Shown here: piece by piece, positions 53,432 through 63,922 of the stretch
How positions within the stretch are numbered: position 1 is the stretch's first letter
Layout of the letters: every line of letters starts with the position of its first letter
Source: Phreatobacter sp.
Lineage (GTDB): Bacteria > Pseudomonadota > Alphaproteobacteria > Rhizobiales > Phreatobacteraceae
Assembly (NCBI RefSeq): GCF_022843985.1
Contig: NZ_JALHMP010000012.1
Location: forward strand, 35,471-99,470
Length of the DNA: 64,000 nucleotides
Direction: 5' to 3'
Notes under the pieces: generated by a model
Seen by the model: only the letters and a program-made list of their open reading frames with translations
What the model was told of the DNA's origin: nothing
Databases searched by the model: none
Program-made: the position numbers and the translations under genes

Positions 53432-55435
53432 GTGCAGGCAAGAGAATGGGACATCGGTACCGATATCGGCGGCACGTTCACCGATATCATTGCCGTCCGC
53501 AGCGGTGGCCATGAGACGCGGATCGCCAAGGTTCCCTCCCGCCCCGATGCGCCCGTCCAGGCGATGATGGAGGCGCTTACGGCCGTCGGTCTCGGACCCG
53601 ACGACGTCAGGCGCTTCGTCCATGGCACCACGCGCGTCACCAATGCCCTGGTCGAGGAGCGCCTGCCGAAGATGGCGCTGGTGGCCACTGCCGGGTTCGA
53701 GGACGTGCTGGAGATCGCCCGCTACCGCCGGCAGGAGCTCTACCGCCTCGACATTCCGCCGAAGGCGCCGCCGCTGGTGCCGCCGTCGCTGTGCTTCGGC
53801 ATCGTCGAGCGGGTCGACCATAGCGGCGCCGTGCTGACGCCTTTGGCGGACAGCGAGATCGAACGGCTGGTGACCTGGCTCAAGGCCAACGCGGTCGCCA
53901 GCGTCGCCATCTGCCTGCTGCATGCCTATGCCAATCCCGACCATGAAAAGCGCCTCGCCGAGCACCTCGCCGGCATCGTCCCGCATGTCTGTGTCTCGCA
54001 CGAGATCAATCCGGAGGCGCGCGAATATGAACGGGCCTCCTCGACGGCCTTCAATGCTGCGGCGATGCCCATCGCGGTGGAATATCTGACCGAACTGGAG
54101 GAGCGGCTGCCGATCGGCGCGGGGCTGCAGGTCTTCCACTCGGCGGGCGCCATGGTGCCCTTGCCGGCAGTCAAGCGGCGTCCGCTGGTCATGGCCATGT
54201 CCGGGCCGGCGGCTGGCGTTTCCGCCTCGGCGCGCATCGCCCGCGACCTCGCGCGCCCGCGCGTGCTGACCTTCGATATGGGCGGCACCACCACCGACGT
54301 GTGCCTCATCGTCGACGGCGCGGCGGAGATGACCGACACCCGCATGATGGGCGGGCGGCCGCTGCGCCAGCCGATGCTCGCGGTCCATTCCATCGGCGCG
54401 GGCGGCGGTTCCATCGTCGATCTGGGGCCGGGCGGCCTCTCGGTGGGCCCCAAGAGCGCCGGCGCCGTACCGGGCCCTGCCTGCTACGGCCGCGGCGGCA
54501 CGCGCGCCACCATCACAGACGCCAATGCCATCCTCGGCTATCTCGATCCCGAGGCGCTGCTCGGCGACACGATCCGGATCGACCTCGGCAAGGCGCGCGA
54601 CGCCGTCCAGCCCATCGCGGACAGGCTTGGCCTCGGCCTCGCCGAGACGGCGCTCGGCATCGTCAAGGTTGCCAACGCCACCATGGCGCGGGCCTTGCGG
54701 CGGGTGACCGTCGAGCGCGGCGTCGACGGGCGCGACTGCACGCTGCTCGCCTTCGGCGGCGGCGGGCCGATGCATGCCACCGGCCTTGCCGACATCTATG
54801 GCCTGCGGGAGATCATCGTGCCGGCGGCGTCGAGCGCCTTCTCGGCCCTCGGCTGCCTCACCGCCGATTTCAGCTTCCTGCAGCAGCGCACCGTGCGCAT
54901 GGCGCTGAAAGGACTGTCGGCCGAGGCCTTCGCGGCGCGGGTCGCCGAACTCGTCGCGGAGGCGCGCGATCCCCTCATCGCCAACGGCATCGCGGCGGAG
55001 GAGATCACCGTCGAGCCTGTCGCACTGATGCGCTATGCGGCGCAGAGCGATTCCATCCCCATCGCCTTTGCCGTGCCGCTTGACCCGACGCGGCTGGAGG
55101 CCGACTTCCACGCCCGCCACCACCAGCTCTTCGGCTATGCGACCGGTGAGGCCTGCGTCATCGAGGCGCTGCGGGTGAAGGCGACGAAGCCCTCGGAGAC
55201 GCCGTTCTCGCGTCCCGATGTCGGCCGGCCACAGGTCTCGGGCCGCAGCCGCTCCTGCATCTTCGGGCCGGAAGGGTCGGTCGAGACGCGCATCCTGCCG
55301 CGCGAGACCGTTTCGGGGATCACCACCGGCCCCGCCATCATCGAGGATGCCTGGTCCACCGTCATCGTGCCGCCGGGCTGGCAGGCGCGTCCCGACGACC
55401 TCGGCAATCTCTTCCTTACCCGGAGCGAGTCATGA
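53432..55435 (+). CDS. Hydantoinase/oxoprolinase subunit A (start GTG 53432 or ATG 53417)
   Basis: DIGGTFTD, HGTT..TNA, EYER.S, SGPAAG, DMGGTTTDV, SAGA.PGPACYGRGG...T.TDAN, AFGGGG..HA. Confidence 0.93.
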   Translation: MQAREWDIGTDIGGTFTDIIAVRSGGHETRIAKVPSRPDAPVQAMMEALTAVGLGPDDVRRFVHGTTRVTNALVEERLPKMALVATAGFEDVLEIARYRRQELYRLDIPPKAPPLVPPSLCFGIVERVDHSGAVLTPLADSEIERLVTWLKANAVASVAICLLHAYANPDHEKRLAEHLAGIVPHVCVSHEINPEAREYERASSTAFNAAAMPIAVEYLTELEERLPIGAGLQVFHSAGAMVPLPAVKRRPLVMAMSGPAAGVSASARIARDLARPRVLTFDMGGTTTDVCLIVDGAAEMTDTRMMGGRPLRQPMLAVHSIGAGGGSIVDLGPGGLSVGPKSAGAVPGPACYGRGGTRATITDANAILGYLDPEALLGDTIRIDLGKARDAVQPIADRLGLGLAETALGIVKVANATMARALRRVTVERGVDGRDCTLLAFGGGGPMHATGLADIYGLREIIVPAASSAFSALGCLTADFSFLQQRTVRMALKGLSAEAFAARVAELVAEARDPLIANGIAAEEITVEPVALMRYAAQSDSIPIAFAVPLDPTRLEADFHARHHQLFGYATGEACVIEALRVKATKPSETPFSRPDVGRPQVSGRSRSCIFGPEGSVETRILPRETVSGITTGPAIIEDAWSTVIVPPGWQARPDDLGNLFLTRSES

Positions 55436-57012
55436 GTGCGCTGGACCCCTTCGTGGTCGAGGTGATCCGCCACGGCCTGTCGGCCGCGGCCGAGGAGATG
55501 AGCCTCGTCATGACCCGCTCGGCCCGCTCGCCGCTGCTGCGCGAGGCGGGAGACCTTTCCTCCGCCATCACCGATGCTGAGGGTGGGCTGGTCGGCCAGG
55601 GGCGAGACATCCCGATCCATCTCGGCGCCATGGCCTATACGGTGAAGGAACTGCTGAAGGTGCGCCCTGCCTCCGGCATGAAGGAGGGCGACGCGATCAT
55701 CTACAATGTCGGCGCTCTCGGCGGAAACCATCTCAACGACGTCAAGATCGCCCGGCCCGTCTTCGTCGAGGGCCGCCTCATCGCCTTCGCGCTCAGCCTC
55801 GCCCACTGGCCCGATGTCGGCGGCACCTGGCCGGGCAGCTATCTCGCCAATGCCTTCGACACGTTCCAGGAGGCGATGCGCATCCCGCCGCTGACGATCG
55901 CCGACACCAATGGTCTCAACCGCTCGGTGCTCGAGCTGATCCTCGCCAATGTCCGCGACCCCGTCTCCTGCGAGGGCGACCTGATGGCGCAACTGGCGGC
56001 CACCACGGCGGCGGAGCGGCGCATCCGTGAGATGTGTGCCCAGTATGGCACCGAGACCTTCGTCGCGACCATGAGCCGCCTGCACGATCTCTCGGAGGCG
56101 GAGATGCGCGCGGCGCTGGCCGACCTGCCGGACGGTACCTATGAGGGCGAGGATTTCCTCGACGATGGCGGGCCGAACGGCGAGCCCGCGCGCATTCACG
56201 TGACAATCGAGATCCGCGGCGACGAGGCGACCTTCGATCTCTCGGGGTCGGCCGACCGGGTCGCCAATTTCTGCAACACGACGCCTTTCATCGCCCGCTC
56301 CGCGGTGGTCTATGCCGCGCGCATCATGAGCGGACGCGACATGCAGCAGAATGCCGGCGCGCTCAGGCCCATCACCATCATCACCCGGCCGGGATCCATC
56401 TTCGAACCGGGCTGGAACGCGGCAGTTGCCGCCGGCAACCACGAAACCTCCATGCGGGTGGTTGACGCCATCTTCCGTGCCATGGAGGCGGTCATTCCCG
56501 AGCGGCTGTCGGCCGGGGGGCCGGCGACGTCCGGCCTCCTCGCCTTCGCCGAGCCGATGCCCGACCAGTCCTGGCGCATGCTCTACGAGGTGCATGGCGG
56601 CGGCGAGGGCGCCCGTCACGACCGCGACGGCTGCCCGGCGACGCGCGTCCATCTCGCCAATACCTCGAACACGCCGGCCGAAATGATCGAGGCGAACTAT
56701 GCCATCCGCGTCGAGAAACAGGCGATCCGCCGTGATTCCGGCGGGAAAGGCCTGCACAAGGGTGGAGACGGCGTCATCCGCGCCTATCGGGTGCTGGCGC
56801 CGAGCCTGTGGCTCACCACCTGCGTCGAGCGCTTGGTCATGCCGACCTATGGCCTGAAGGGGGGCGGGGAGGGCAAGCCCTATACGATCACGCTGGAACG
56901 CGACGGTCGCACGGAACGCCTGTCGGGCAAGGCCAATCTGCTGCTCAAGGCCGGCGATCTCGTGACGCTGGAGGGCTGCGGTGGCGGCGGCTACGGGGTT
57001 TCCGCCGCATGA
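55432..57012 (+). CDS. Hydantoinase/oxoprolinase subunit B
   Basis: RSP.LRE..D.S, IPIHLG, GG.HLND, HW.DVGG..PGS, QE..RIPP, GG.GA, S.NTPAE, RDSGG.G..KGGDG..R; ATGA overlap. Confidence 0.93.
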   Translation: MSALDPFVVEVIRHGLSAAAEEMSLVMTRSARSPLLREAGDLSSAITDAEGGLVGQGRDIPIHLGAMAYTVKELLKVRPASGMKEGDAIIYNVGALGGNHLNDVKIARPVFVEGRLIAFALSLAHWPDVGGTWPGSYLANAFDTFQEAMRIPPLTIADTNGLNRSVLELILANVRDPVSCEGDLMAQLAATTAAERRIREMCAQYGTETFVATMSRLHDLSEAEMRAALADLPDGTYEGEDFLDDGGPNGEPARIHVTIEIRGDEATFDLSGSADRVANFCNTTPFIARSAVVYAARIMSGRDMQQNAGALRPITIITRPGSIFEPGWNAAVAAGNHETSMRVVDAIFRAMEAVIPERLSAGGPATSGLLAFAEPMPDQSWRMLYEVHGGGEGARHDRDGCPATRVHLANTSNTPAEMIEANYAIRVEKQAIRRDSGGKGLHKGGDGVIRAYRVLAPSLWLTTCVERLVMPTYGLKGGGEGKPYTITLERDGRTERLSGKANLLLKAGDLVTLEGCGGGGYGVSAA

Positions 57013-58658
57013 GCATCTGGCCGGCCGGCGTCGCCCGCACCATCGGCGCGCTGCCCGAGAGCCTCGGCGCGGCGCTCAGGGCCACCGCGGCGCGGCGGGG
57101 GGAGGCGCTGGCCATCGCCTTCTACGGGGCGGAAATCAGCTTTGCCGAACTCCTCGCGCGGGTGGAGCGGCTCGCGGCCCATCTCCAGCACGCCTGCGGC
57201 CTCGCACCCGGCGACCGCGCGCTGCTCGACATGCAGAATTCGCCGCATGCGATCATTGCCTACCAGGCCATCGCCCGGGCCGGCGGCGTGGTGGTGCCGG
57301 TCAATCCGATGTCCATGCCGGAGGAAATCGCCTATCTCGCGGAGGACAGCGGGGCCAGGGTCGCGCTGATCGGTGCCGAGCTGGTCGGCAGGTTCTCAGG
57401 GCTCGTGCCGGCGCCGCTGGCCCATGTGATCGTCGCGGCCTATGGCGACGAGATTCCGGCCGATACCCCGTTCCGCCTGCCACCGGTGATCGGCGAGAGC
57501 GTACTCCCCGAATGGCTGCAGCCGGGCTTTGTCGCCTGGAACGAGGCGCTGGCGGAGACGCGGCCGCCACGGCCCGATACCAGCCGTCCGGACGATCTCT
57601 GCGTCATGCCCTACACGTCCGGCACGACGGGCAAGCCGAAGGCCTGCCTGCACACCCACCACAGCGTGCTCTTTACCGCCTTCGTCCAGGCGCGCTGGTA
57701 CTTCTACGACGATGAAACCGTGCTCACCGGCTTCATGCCGATGTTCCATGTCGCCGGCATGCAGCTCTCGCTCAACGGCTGCGCCGCCTGCGGCGCGACG
57801 GTGGTCGTCATGGCCCGCTGGGACCGGGACCTCGTGGCGCCGCTGTTCAAGCGCTACGGGGTGACCTTGTGGAGCGCGGCGCCGACCATGGTGGTGGATG
57901 CACTCGCCGCAGACGGCTTCGACCAGGCCGCCTTTGCCAGGCTCAAGACTATCACCGGCGGCGGCGCGGCCATGCCTGCGGCGGTGGCGGCCGAGCTGAA
58001 GCGGCGGTGGAACCTCGCCTATGTCGAGGGCTATGGCCTGACCGAGACCATGTCGCCGAGCCATCTCAACCCCGTCGACCGGCCCAAGCCGCAATGCCTC
58101 GGCGTGCCGGTGCAGGAGACCCATGCGCGCATTATCGACCCTGGGAGCCTCGCCGTGCTGCCGCAGGGCGAGACCGGGGAGATCGTCATTGCCGGGCCAC
58201 AGGTGATGCGCGGCTACTGGAACCTGCCGGAGGCAACGGCGGAGGCCTTCGTCACGCTCGCGGGGCGGCGCTTCCTGCGCACCGGCGACCTCGCCCGCAT
58301 CGACGACGAGGGCTATTTCCACATGGTCGACCGCCTGAAACGGATGATCTCGGTTTCCGGCTTCAAGGTCTGGCCCTCGGAGGTCGAGGCGGTGCTCTAC
58401 CGCCATCCCGCCGTCCAGGAATGCTGCATCGTCTCGGCGCCCGACGCCTATCGCGGCGAGACGGTGAAGGCCCTGGTGGTCCGCCGGCCGGGGTGCGACC
58501 TGACGGCCGAGGAGCTGATTGCCTGGGCGCGGGAGGTGATGGCCGCCTACAAGGTGCCGCGGCTGGTCGCATTCGTCGACGCCTTGCCGCGCACCGCGTC
58601 CAACAAGCTCGACTGGCGGTCGTTGCAGGACGCCGCCTGGGCGACAGGCGCCGGGTGA
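57009..58658 (+). CDS. AMP-dependent acyl-CoA ligase (long-chain fatty-acid-CoA ligase-like)
   Basis: YTSGTTGKPK, EGYGLTET, RTGDL, DRLKRMI..SGFKVWP.EVE, LPRT.SNK; ATGA overlap. Confidence 0.93.
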   Translation: MSIWPAGVARTIGALPESLGAALRATAARRGEALAIAFYGAEISFAELLARVERLAAHLQHACGLAPGDRALLDMQNSPHAIIAYQAIARAGGVVVPVNPMSMPEEIAYLAEDSGARVALIGAELVGRFSGLVPAPLAHVIVAAYGDEIPADTPFRLPPVIGESVLPEWLQPGFVAWNEALAETRPPRPDTSRPDDLCVMPYTSGTTGKPKACLHTHHSVLFTAFVQARWYFYDDETVLTGFMPMFHVAGMQLSLNGCAACGATVVVMARWDRDLVAPLFKRYGVTLWSAAPTMVVDALAADGFDQAAFARLKTITGGGAAMPAAVAAELKRRWNLAYVEGYGLTETMSPSHLNPVDRPKPQCLGVPVQETHARIIDPGSLAVLPQGETGEIVIAGPQVMRGYWNLPEATAEAFVTLAGRRFLRTGDLARIDDEGYFHMVDRLKRMISVSGFKVWPSEVEAVLYRHPAVQECCIVSAPDAYRGETVKALVVRRPGCDLTAEELIAWAREVMAAYKVPRLVAFVDALPRTASNKLDWRSLQDAAWATGAG

Positions 58659-58755
58659 TCGCCGGCCTTGCGAGCCCCGCCGGCAGGGACCAGCATGCGG
58701 CCTGCATCTTGCCTGCGCGATCCATACCCCTTCGCATGCCGCCCGAGATTCCGAC

Positions 58756-60195
58756 ATGACCTCACCGTCGCTGACCGCCCTCGAAACCCGCATCCGCGAC
58801 GATCTCGCGCGGATCGCCCATCCCCGGGCGCCGTGGCTGACCCCGCGCGTCGCGCCGGACGGGTCGGCGGCGCTCGACGTGCTGGTGGTCGGGGCGGGGC
58901 AGTCCGGGGTGGTCACTGCCTTCGGCCTGAAACGGTCGCGGGTCGACAATGTGCTGGTCATCGACAAGGCCCCCTATGGCGAGGAGGGGCCCTGGGTGAC
59001 CTTCGCCCGGATGCAGACCCTGCGCAGCCCCAAGGATTTCACCGGGCCGGATCTCGACATTCCGAGCCTCACCTACCAGTCCTGGCACGAGGCCCGCTAC
59101 GGCGCCGACCATTGGCGGGCGCTGGACCTGATCACGCGCCAGGACTGGAACGACTACCTCCTCTTCATGCGCCGGGTGACGGAGATCCCCGTCGACAACG
59201 ACACCGAACTCCTGTCGCTGACCCAGGCCGGCGAGCTGGTCGCCGCGACGGTCCGGGGGCCCGGCGGCGAGCGCAGGCTCTACGCCCGCAAGGTGGTGCT
59301 GGCGACGGGGCAGGATTCGACCGGCCGCTGGTGGATGCCGGATTTCGTCGCGTCTCTGGCGCCGTCCCTGCGCGCCCATGCGGCCGATGCGATCGACTTC
59401 GCCGCGTTGAAGGGCAAGGTCGTGGCGGTGCTGGGCGCCGGCGCCTCGGCTTTCGACAATGCGGCGACGGCGCTCGAAGCCGGCGCGGCCTCGGTCCATC
59501 TCTTCTGCCGCCGCCTCGAACCGCAGGTGATCCAGCCCTATCGCTGGATCACCTTCCGCGGTTTCATGAAACACCTCGCCGATCTCGACGATTCCTGGCG
59601 CTGGCGGTTCATGAGCCGCGTCATGGGCCTGCGCGAGGGGTTCCCGCAGGCGACCTATGACCGCTGCGCCCGGCATCCCAACTTCCTGCTGCATACGGGT
59701 GCGCCCTGGACCGCGGCGCGGGAGGAGGCGGGCCGTGCCGTCGTCACCACCCCCCATGGTGACTTCGCCGCCGATTTCCTCATCTGCGGCACCGGCATCG
59801 CCATGGACTATGCGGCCAAGCCCGAGTTGGCCGCCTTCCACGACAATATCGCCACCTGGGGCGACCGCTACTTGCCCCCCGAGGACGAGCGCAGCGACCG
59901 CCTCGCCGCCTTCCCCTATCTCTCGCCGGATTACCAGTTCACCGAGAAGGTGACGGGGCGCACGCCCTGGATCGGCAATGTCCATCTCTTCTCGATCGCC
60001 TCGACCATGAGCTTCGGTCCCTCCGGCTCGTCGATCAACGCCATGACCACCGCGGTGCCGCGGCTTGTTGACGGGATCACCAAGGGCCTGTTCGCGGCGG
60101 ATGTGGAGGCGAACTGGGAGACTTTCCTCGCCTATGACGTGGCACAGGCGGAGGTGCGCGAGACAGTGCCGGGGCTCGGTATCGCGGCGGAGTAG
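58756..60195 (+). CDS. NAD(P)/FAD-dependent class B flavoprotein monooxygenase (HpyO-like)
   Basis: VVGAGQSG, ARMQTLRSPK..TGP, LATG, VLGAGASAFDNA..ALEAGA, ICGTG, YLSPDYQFTEK. Confidence 0.8.
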   Translation: MTSPSLTALETRIRDDLARIAHPRAPWLTPRVAPDGSAALDVLVVGAGQSGVVTAFGLKRSRVDNVLVIDKAPYGEEGPWVTFARMQTLRSPKDFTGPDLDIPSLTYQSWHEARYGADHWRALDLITRQDWNDYLLFMRRVTEIPVDNDTELLSLTQAGELVAATVRGPGGERRLYARKVVLATGQDSTGRWWMPDFVASLAPSLRAHAADAIDFAALKGKVVAVLGAGASAFDNAATALEAGAASVHLFCRRLEPQVIQPYRWITFRGFMKHLADLDDSWRWRFMSRVMGLREGFPQATYDRCARHPNFLLHTGAPWTAAREEAGRAVVTTPHGDFAADFLICGTGIAMDYAAKPELAAFHDNIATWGDRYLPPEDERSDRLAAFPYLSPDYQFTEKVTGRTPWIGNVHLFSIASTMSFGPSGSSINAMTTAVPRLVDGITKGLFAADVEANWETFLAYDVAQAEVRETVPGLGIAAE

Positions 60196-60222
60196 CCCGT
60201 TTCGTGGATCACCGACCTCATC

Positions 60223-60313
60223 GCGTCATGCCCGGCCTCGTGCCGGGAATCCACGACTTGACCACCGCATCATGAGAATTCGTGGATGCCCGGGCCAAGC
60301 CCGGGCATGACGC
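60223..60313. repeat. Rhizobiales REP/MITE-like palindromic element
   Basis: GCGTCATGCCCGGCCTCGTGCCGGGAATCCACG ... CGTGGATGCCCGGGCCAAGCCCGGGCATGACGC: imperfect long inverted repeat with internal hairpins, between convergent genes. Confidence 0.8.
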
Positions 60314-60361
60314 ATAGGTCTGCGGGAGTGCCGTGTGAGACGGGCACCGAAGGGACGAGGC

Positions 60362-62038
60362 TCAGCCCGCCGTCGCGGCTTCCCTCTGGCGGGCCGTGGC
60401 CGCTTCCGGATCGAAATGCGGGATGGCCGCGATGAGCTCGCGGGCATAGTCGGACGCCGGATCGGTGAACAGCGCCCCGCTCGGTCCCTGCTCGACGATC
60501 TGGCCCTTCTGCAGCACGATGGTGCGCTCGCACATCATGCGGACGACGTTGAGATCGTGGCTGACGAAGAGATAGGCGAGGCCCGTCTCCCGCCTGAGAC
60601 GGTCGAGGAGATGCAGGATCACCGCCTGGACCGACACGTCGAGGGCCGCCGTCGGCTCGTCGAGAACCAGCAGGCGGGGCTTCGCCGCGATGGCGCGGGC
60701 AATGCCAACCCGGGCCTTCTGGCCCCCGGAGAGCTGGTGGGGGAAACGGTCGAGGAACTCGGCGGGTAGGCCCACGCGGCGGGCGCAATCCTCGACCTGC
60801 CGGCGCAGTTCGCGGCTGTCCTGGACGCCGGCCAGAAGTTTCAGCGGATCGGCGATGCAGTCGAAGGCGGAGAAGCGCGGGTTGAGGCTGTCGCCGTGGT
60901 CCTGGAAGACGATCTGGATGTCCTTGCGGAATCGCGACCGGTAGAAGTCGCGCGAGGAGATCTTGCCGATGTCCTCGCCGTCGAAGCCGATGGTGCCGGC
61001 GGAGTGATCGAGCAGGCGGCAGACGAGGCGTGAGATGGTGCTCTTGCCCGAACCCGATTCCCCGACGAGGCCGAGGCTCTCGCCGGGCGCGAGGTCGAAG
61101 GAGACGTCGTCGACGCCGCGGAAGCCATTGTCGAAGGTCTTCACGAGGTTCGAGACGGTGAGCAGCGCTTCGGCGGGCCGCCGGAGCGACACGCGCGGCG
61201 CCGCGGGCGCTGGCTCGCCGGCATCGACCACAAGGCTGTCGACGGTGGAATGGCGGGTCGGCGAGGCGGCGACGAGGCGTTTCGTATAGGGGTGCCGCGG
61301 CGCACCGAAAAGGCTCGCGGGCACCGACTGTTCAACCACAAGGCCCTGTTCCATGACGGCGACGCGCTGGCAATATTGCGCGGCGAGGCCGAGGTCGTGG
61401 GTGATGAGGACCATCGCCATGCCGCGGCGGGCGGTGATCTCGGCGAGGAGGTCCATCACCGTCTTCTGCGTCGTGACGTCCAATCCGGTGGTGGGCTCGT
61501 CGGCGATGAGGAGGGCGGGTTCGCAGGCGATCGCCATGGCGATCATGACGCGCTGGCACATGCCACCCGACAATTCGTGCGGATAGGCGTCGAGGCGCTC
61601 CTCGGGATCGCGGATCAGCACGGCCTCGAGCAGTTTCAGTGCCTTGGCGCGGGCCTCCCGCGCCGACAGCGCCTCATGGGCGCGCAGCACGTCGGCGATC
61701 TGCAGACCAACCGTGCGGATGGGGTTCAGGGCTGCCCGCGGGTTCTGGAAGATCATCGACATGGCCGCCCCGCGCAGCGGCTGCAGCATGGAACGCGAGG
61801 CGCGGGTGATGTCCTGGCCGCGGAAGGTGATGCGGCCGTTGGTGATCCGTCCCGCCCGATCGAGGAGCTGCATCACCGAAAAGGCGGTGACGGACTTGCC
61901 GGAGCCGGATTCACCGACAATGCCCAGCGTCTCGCCGGCGTCGAGGCTGAGGGAGACGCCCTTCAGCGCCTCTACCAGGCCGTTACGGGTGGAGAAGGTG
62001 ACCTTGAGGTCGTCGATGGTGAGGAGCGGCTCCGTCAT
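60362..62038 (-). CDS. Dpp/Opp-type ABC transporter ATP-binding protein (two fused NBDs)
   Basis: GESGSGKS twice, [10 protein letters not shown] and [16 protein letters not shown] / LDEPTA. Confidence 0.95.
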   Translation of the reverse strand: MTEPLLTIDDLKVTFSTRNGLVEALKGVSLSLDAGETLGIVGESGSGKSVTAFSVMQLLDRAGRITNGRITFRGQDITRASRSMLQPLRGAAMSMIFQNPRAALNPIRTVGLQIADVLRAHEALSAREARAKALKLLEAVLIRDPEERLDAYPHELSGGMCQRVMIAMAIACEPALLIADEPTTGLDVTTQKTVMDLLAEITARRGMAMVLITHDLGLAAQYCQRVAVMEQGLVVEQSVPASLFGAPRHPYTKRLVAASPTRHSTVDSLVVDAGEPAPAAPRVSLRRPAEALLTVSNLVKTFDNGFRGVDDVSFDLAPGESLGLVGESGSGKSTISRLVCRLLDHSAGTIGFDGEDIGKISSRDFYRSRFRKDIQIVFQDHGDSLNPRFSAFDCIADPLKLLAGVQDSRELRRQVEDCARRVGLPAEFLDRFPHQLSGGQKARVGIARAIAAKPRLLVLDEPTAALDVSVQAVILHLLDRLRRETGLAYLFVSHDLNVVRMMCERTIVLQKGQIVEQGPSGALFTDPASDYARELIAAIPHFDPEAATARQREAATAG

Positions 62039-62880
62039 GTCCGGATCCGCGGATCGAGGATGTCGCGCAGGCCGTCGCCGAGGAGGTTGAAGCAGAGGAC
62101 GGCGGCCATCAAGGCGGCGCCGGGGAACACGACAAGCCACCATTTGCCGGTGGTGATGAAGCGCGCGCCCTCGGCCACCATGATGCCCCATTCCGGCGTC
62201 GGCGCCTGCACGCCGAGGCCGAGGAACGAGAGGCCGGCAGCATTCAGGATGGCCCAGCCGAGGTTGAGCGAGATCTGCACCGCCATGGCCGGGAGGACAT
62301 TGGGCAGGAGGAAGAGCAGCACGACGCGTACATGGCTGTTACCGGAGGCGCGCGCCGCTTCCACCCAGCCGGAATTGCGGCGGACATTCACCTCGGCGCG
62401 GGCGAAGCGGATGTAGAAGGGCAGGTTGATGATGGCGGTGGCGTAGATGATGTTCTCGACCCGGTTGCCGAGCGCCGCCACCAGCGCCATGGCAAGGACG
62501 AAGAGCGGGAAGGCCATCAGCACGTCGACGAAGCGGCCGACCCAGCGGTCGAGGCGCCCGCCGGCATAGCCGCAGAAGGCGCCGATCATGGCGCCGAGGA
62601 CGAAGGAGATGCTCACCGCCGAGGCGGCGATGGCGAGGTCGAGCCGGGTCGCCACCAGCACCCGCGAGAAGACGTCGCGGCCGAGCTGGTCGGTGCCGAA
62701 CCAGTGGGCGGCGCTCGGCGGCTGCAGTGCCTGCGGCACGTTGGAGACGGTCGGGCCGTAGGGTGCGATCCAGGGCCCGACGATGGCGATGAGCACCAGC
62801 AGCGCCGCGCCGATGCCGGCGACGAGCGTCACCGGATTGCCCCTGAGGATGTAGCCGGTATGGCGGAGCGTGGCGCTCAT
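62035..62880 (-). CDS. ABC transporter permease (DppC-like)
   Basis: HWFGTDQLGRDVFSRV, YIRFARAE, LPNV, AGLSFLGLG...PTPEWG.MV. Confidence 0.95.
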   Translation of the reverse strand: MSATLRHTGYILRGNPVTLVAGIGAALLVLIAIVGPWIAPYGPTVSNVPQALQPPSAAHWFGTDQLGRDVFSRVLVATRLDLAIAASAVSISFVLGAMIGAFCGYAGGRLDRWVGRFVDVLMAFPLFVLAMALVAALGNRVENIIYATAIINLPFYIRFARAEVNVRRNSGWVEAARASGNSHVRVVLLFLLPNVLPAMAVQISLNLGWAILNAAGLSFLGLGVQAPTPEWGIMVAEGARFITTGKWWLVVFPGAALMAAVLCFNLLGDGLRDILDPRIRT

Positions 62881-63908
62881 TCAATCGAGACCCGGGGATC
62901 GGCGAGGCCGTAGAGCACGTCGATGGTGAGGTTCACCAGGACGAAGATGAAGGCCATCAGCAGGACGAAGCCCTGCACCGGCGCATAGTCGGAGGTCAGC
63001 AGGGCGTCGAGCGCGTAGGAGGCGACACCGGGCCAGGAGAAGACTTTCTCGACCAGAACGTTGGCGCCCAGCATGGTGGAGAAGACGATGCCCATGATGG
63101 TGATGACGGGCAGGAGCGCATTGCGCAAGGCATAGACCAGGACGACACGCCGCCGCGACAGGCCGAGGGCTTCGCCCGTGCGCACGAAGTCGCTGGTCAT
63201 GACCGCCAGCATGGCGGCGCGGGTCATGCGGGCGAGCGGCGCCAGGACGAAGAGGGCCATGGTCGCCGCCGGCAGGACGAGCTGGCTCGCCGCGGCGCGC
63301 CAGGATTCCCATTCGCCGGCGAGGGCCGCGTCGATGAGGATGAAGCCGGAGACGACCGGTGGCTGAGCCGCGAAGACGTCGAGCCGTCCCGTCGGGTCGG
63401 GGGCGATGCCGAGGATGTAGTAGAAGGCGTAGATCAGCAGCAGCCCGGACACGAAGGTCGGCACGCAGACGCCGAGCGAACACAGGAACCTCACCCCGTG
63501 GTCGATCAGGGAATTGGGCCTGAGCGCGGCGAGGATGCCGAGCGGCAGGGCTAGAGAGAGGGCGAAAAGCAGCGCCGTGAAGGTGAGTTCGAGCGAGGCC
63601 GGCAGACGGTTGATCAGGTCGGTCACCACCGGCTGGCCGGTATTCATCGAGCGGCCGAGATTGCCGGTGGCGATGTCCTTCAGATAGAGCAGCAATTGCT
63701 GCGGGATGGGCTTGTCGAGGCCCATCTGCTCCCGGATCATCTGGATTTCCGCCTGTCCGGCATTGGGGCCGGAGGCGAAGAAGACGGCCGGGTCGCCCGG
63801 CAGCACCCGCATCAGCAGGAAGGTGAAGACGATCACCCCGAAGAGCGCGGGAACGGAAGACAGGGCCCTCCGTCCCGCGCGCCTGGCGATGCTGGCTGCA
63901 AGGCTCAT
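62877..63908 (-). CDS. ABC transporter permease (DppB-like)
   Basis: LPGDP, GLDKP...Q, GNLGRS, RLPASLEL, RMTRA.ML, YALRNALLP, EKVFSWPG. Confidence 0.95.
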   Translation of the reverse strand: MSLAASIARRAGRRALSSVPALFGVIVFTFLLMRVLPGDPAVFFASGPNAGQAEIQMIREQMGLDKPIPQQLLLYLKDIATGNLGRSMNTGQPVVTDLINRLPASLELTFTALLFALSLALPLGILAALRPNSLIDHGVRFLCSLGVCVPTFVSGLLLIYAFYYILGIAPDPTGRLDVFAAQPPVVSGFILIDAALAGEWESWRAAASQLVLPAATMALFVLAPLARMTRAAMLAVMTSDFVRTGEALGLSRRRVVLVYALRNALLPVITIMGIVFSTMLGANVLVEKVFSWPGVASYALDALLTSDYAPVQGFVLLMAFIFVLVNLTIDVLYGLADPRVSIE

Positions 63909-63922
63909 GACCGGCGGGCTCG

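Noticed and set aside
1009-62416. Many long ORFs antisense or out of frame to real genes (e.g. 1009-2622, 5463-7361, 25634-27556, 38976-40883, 41163-43607, 51101-53128)
   Set aside because: Shadow ORFs expected in high-GC DNA: they overlap well-supported genes, are Arg/Gly/Ala-rich, and lack motifs and RBSs.
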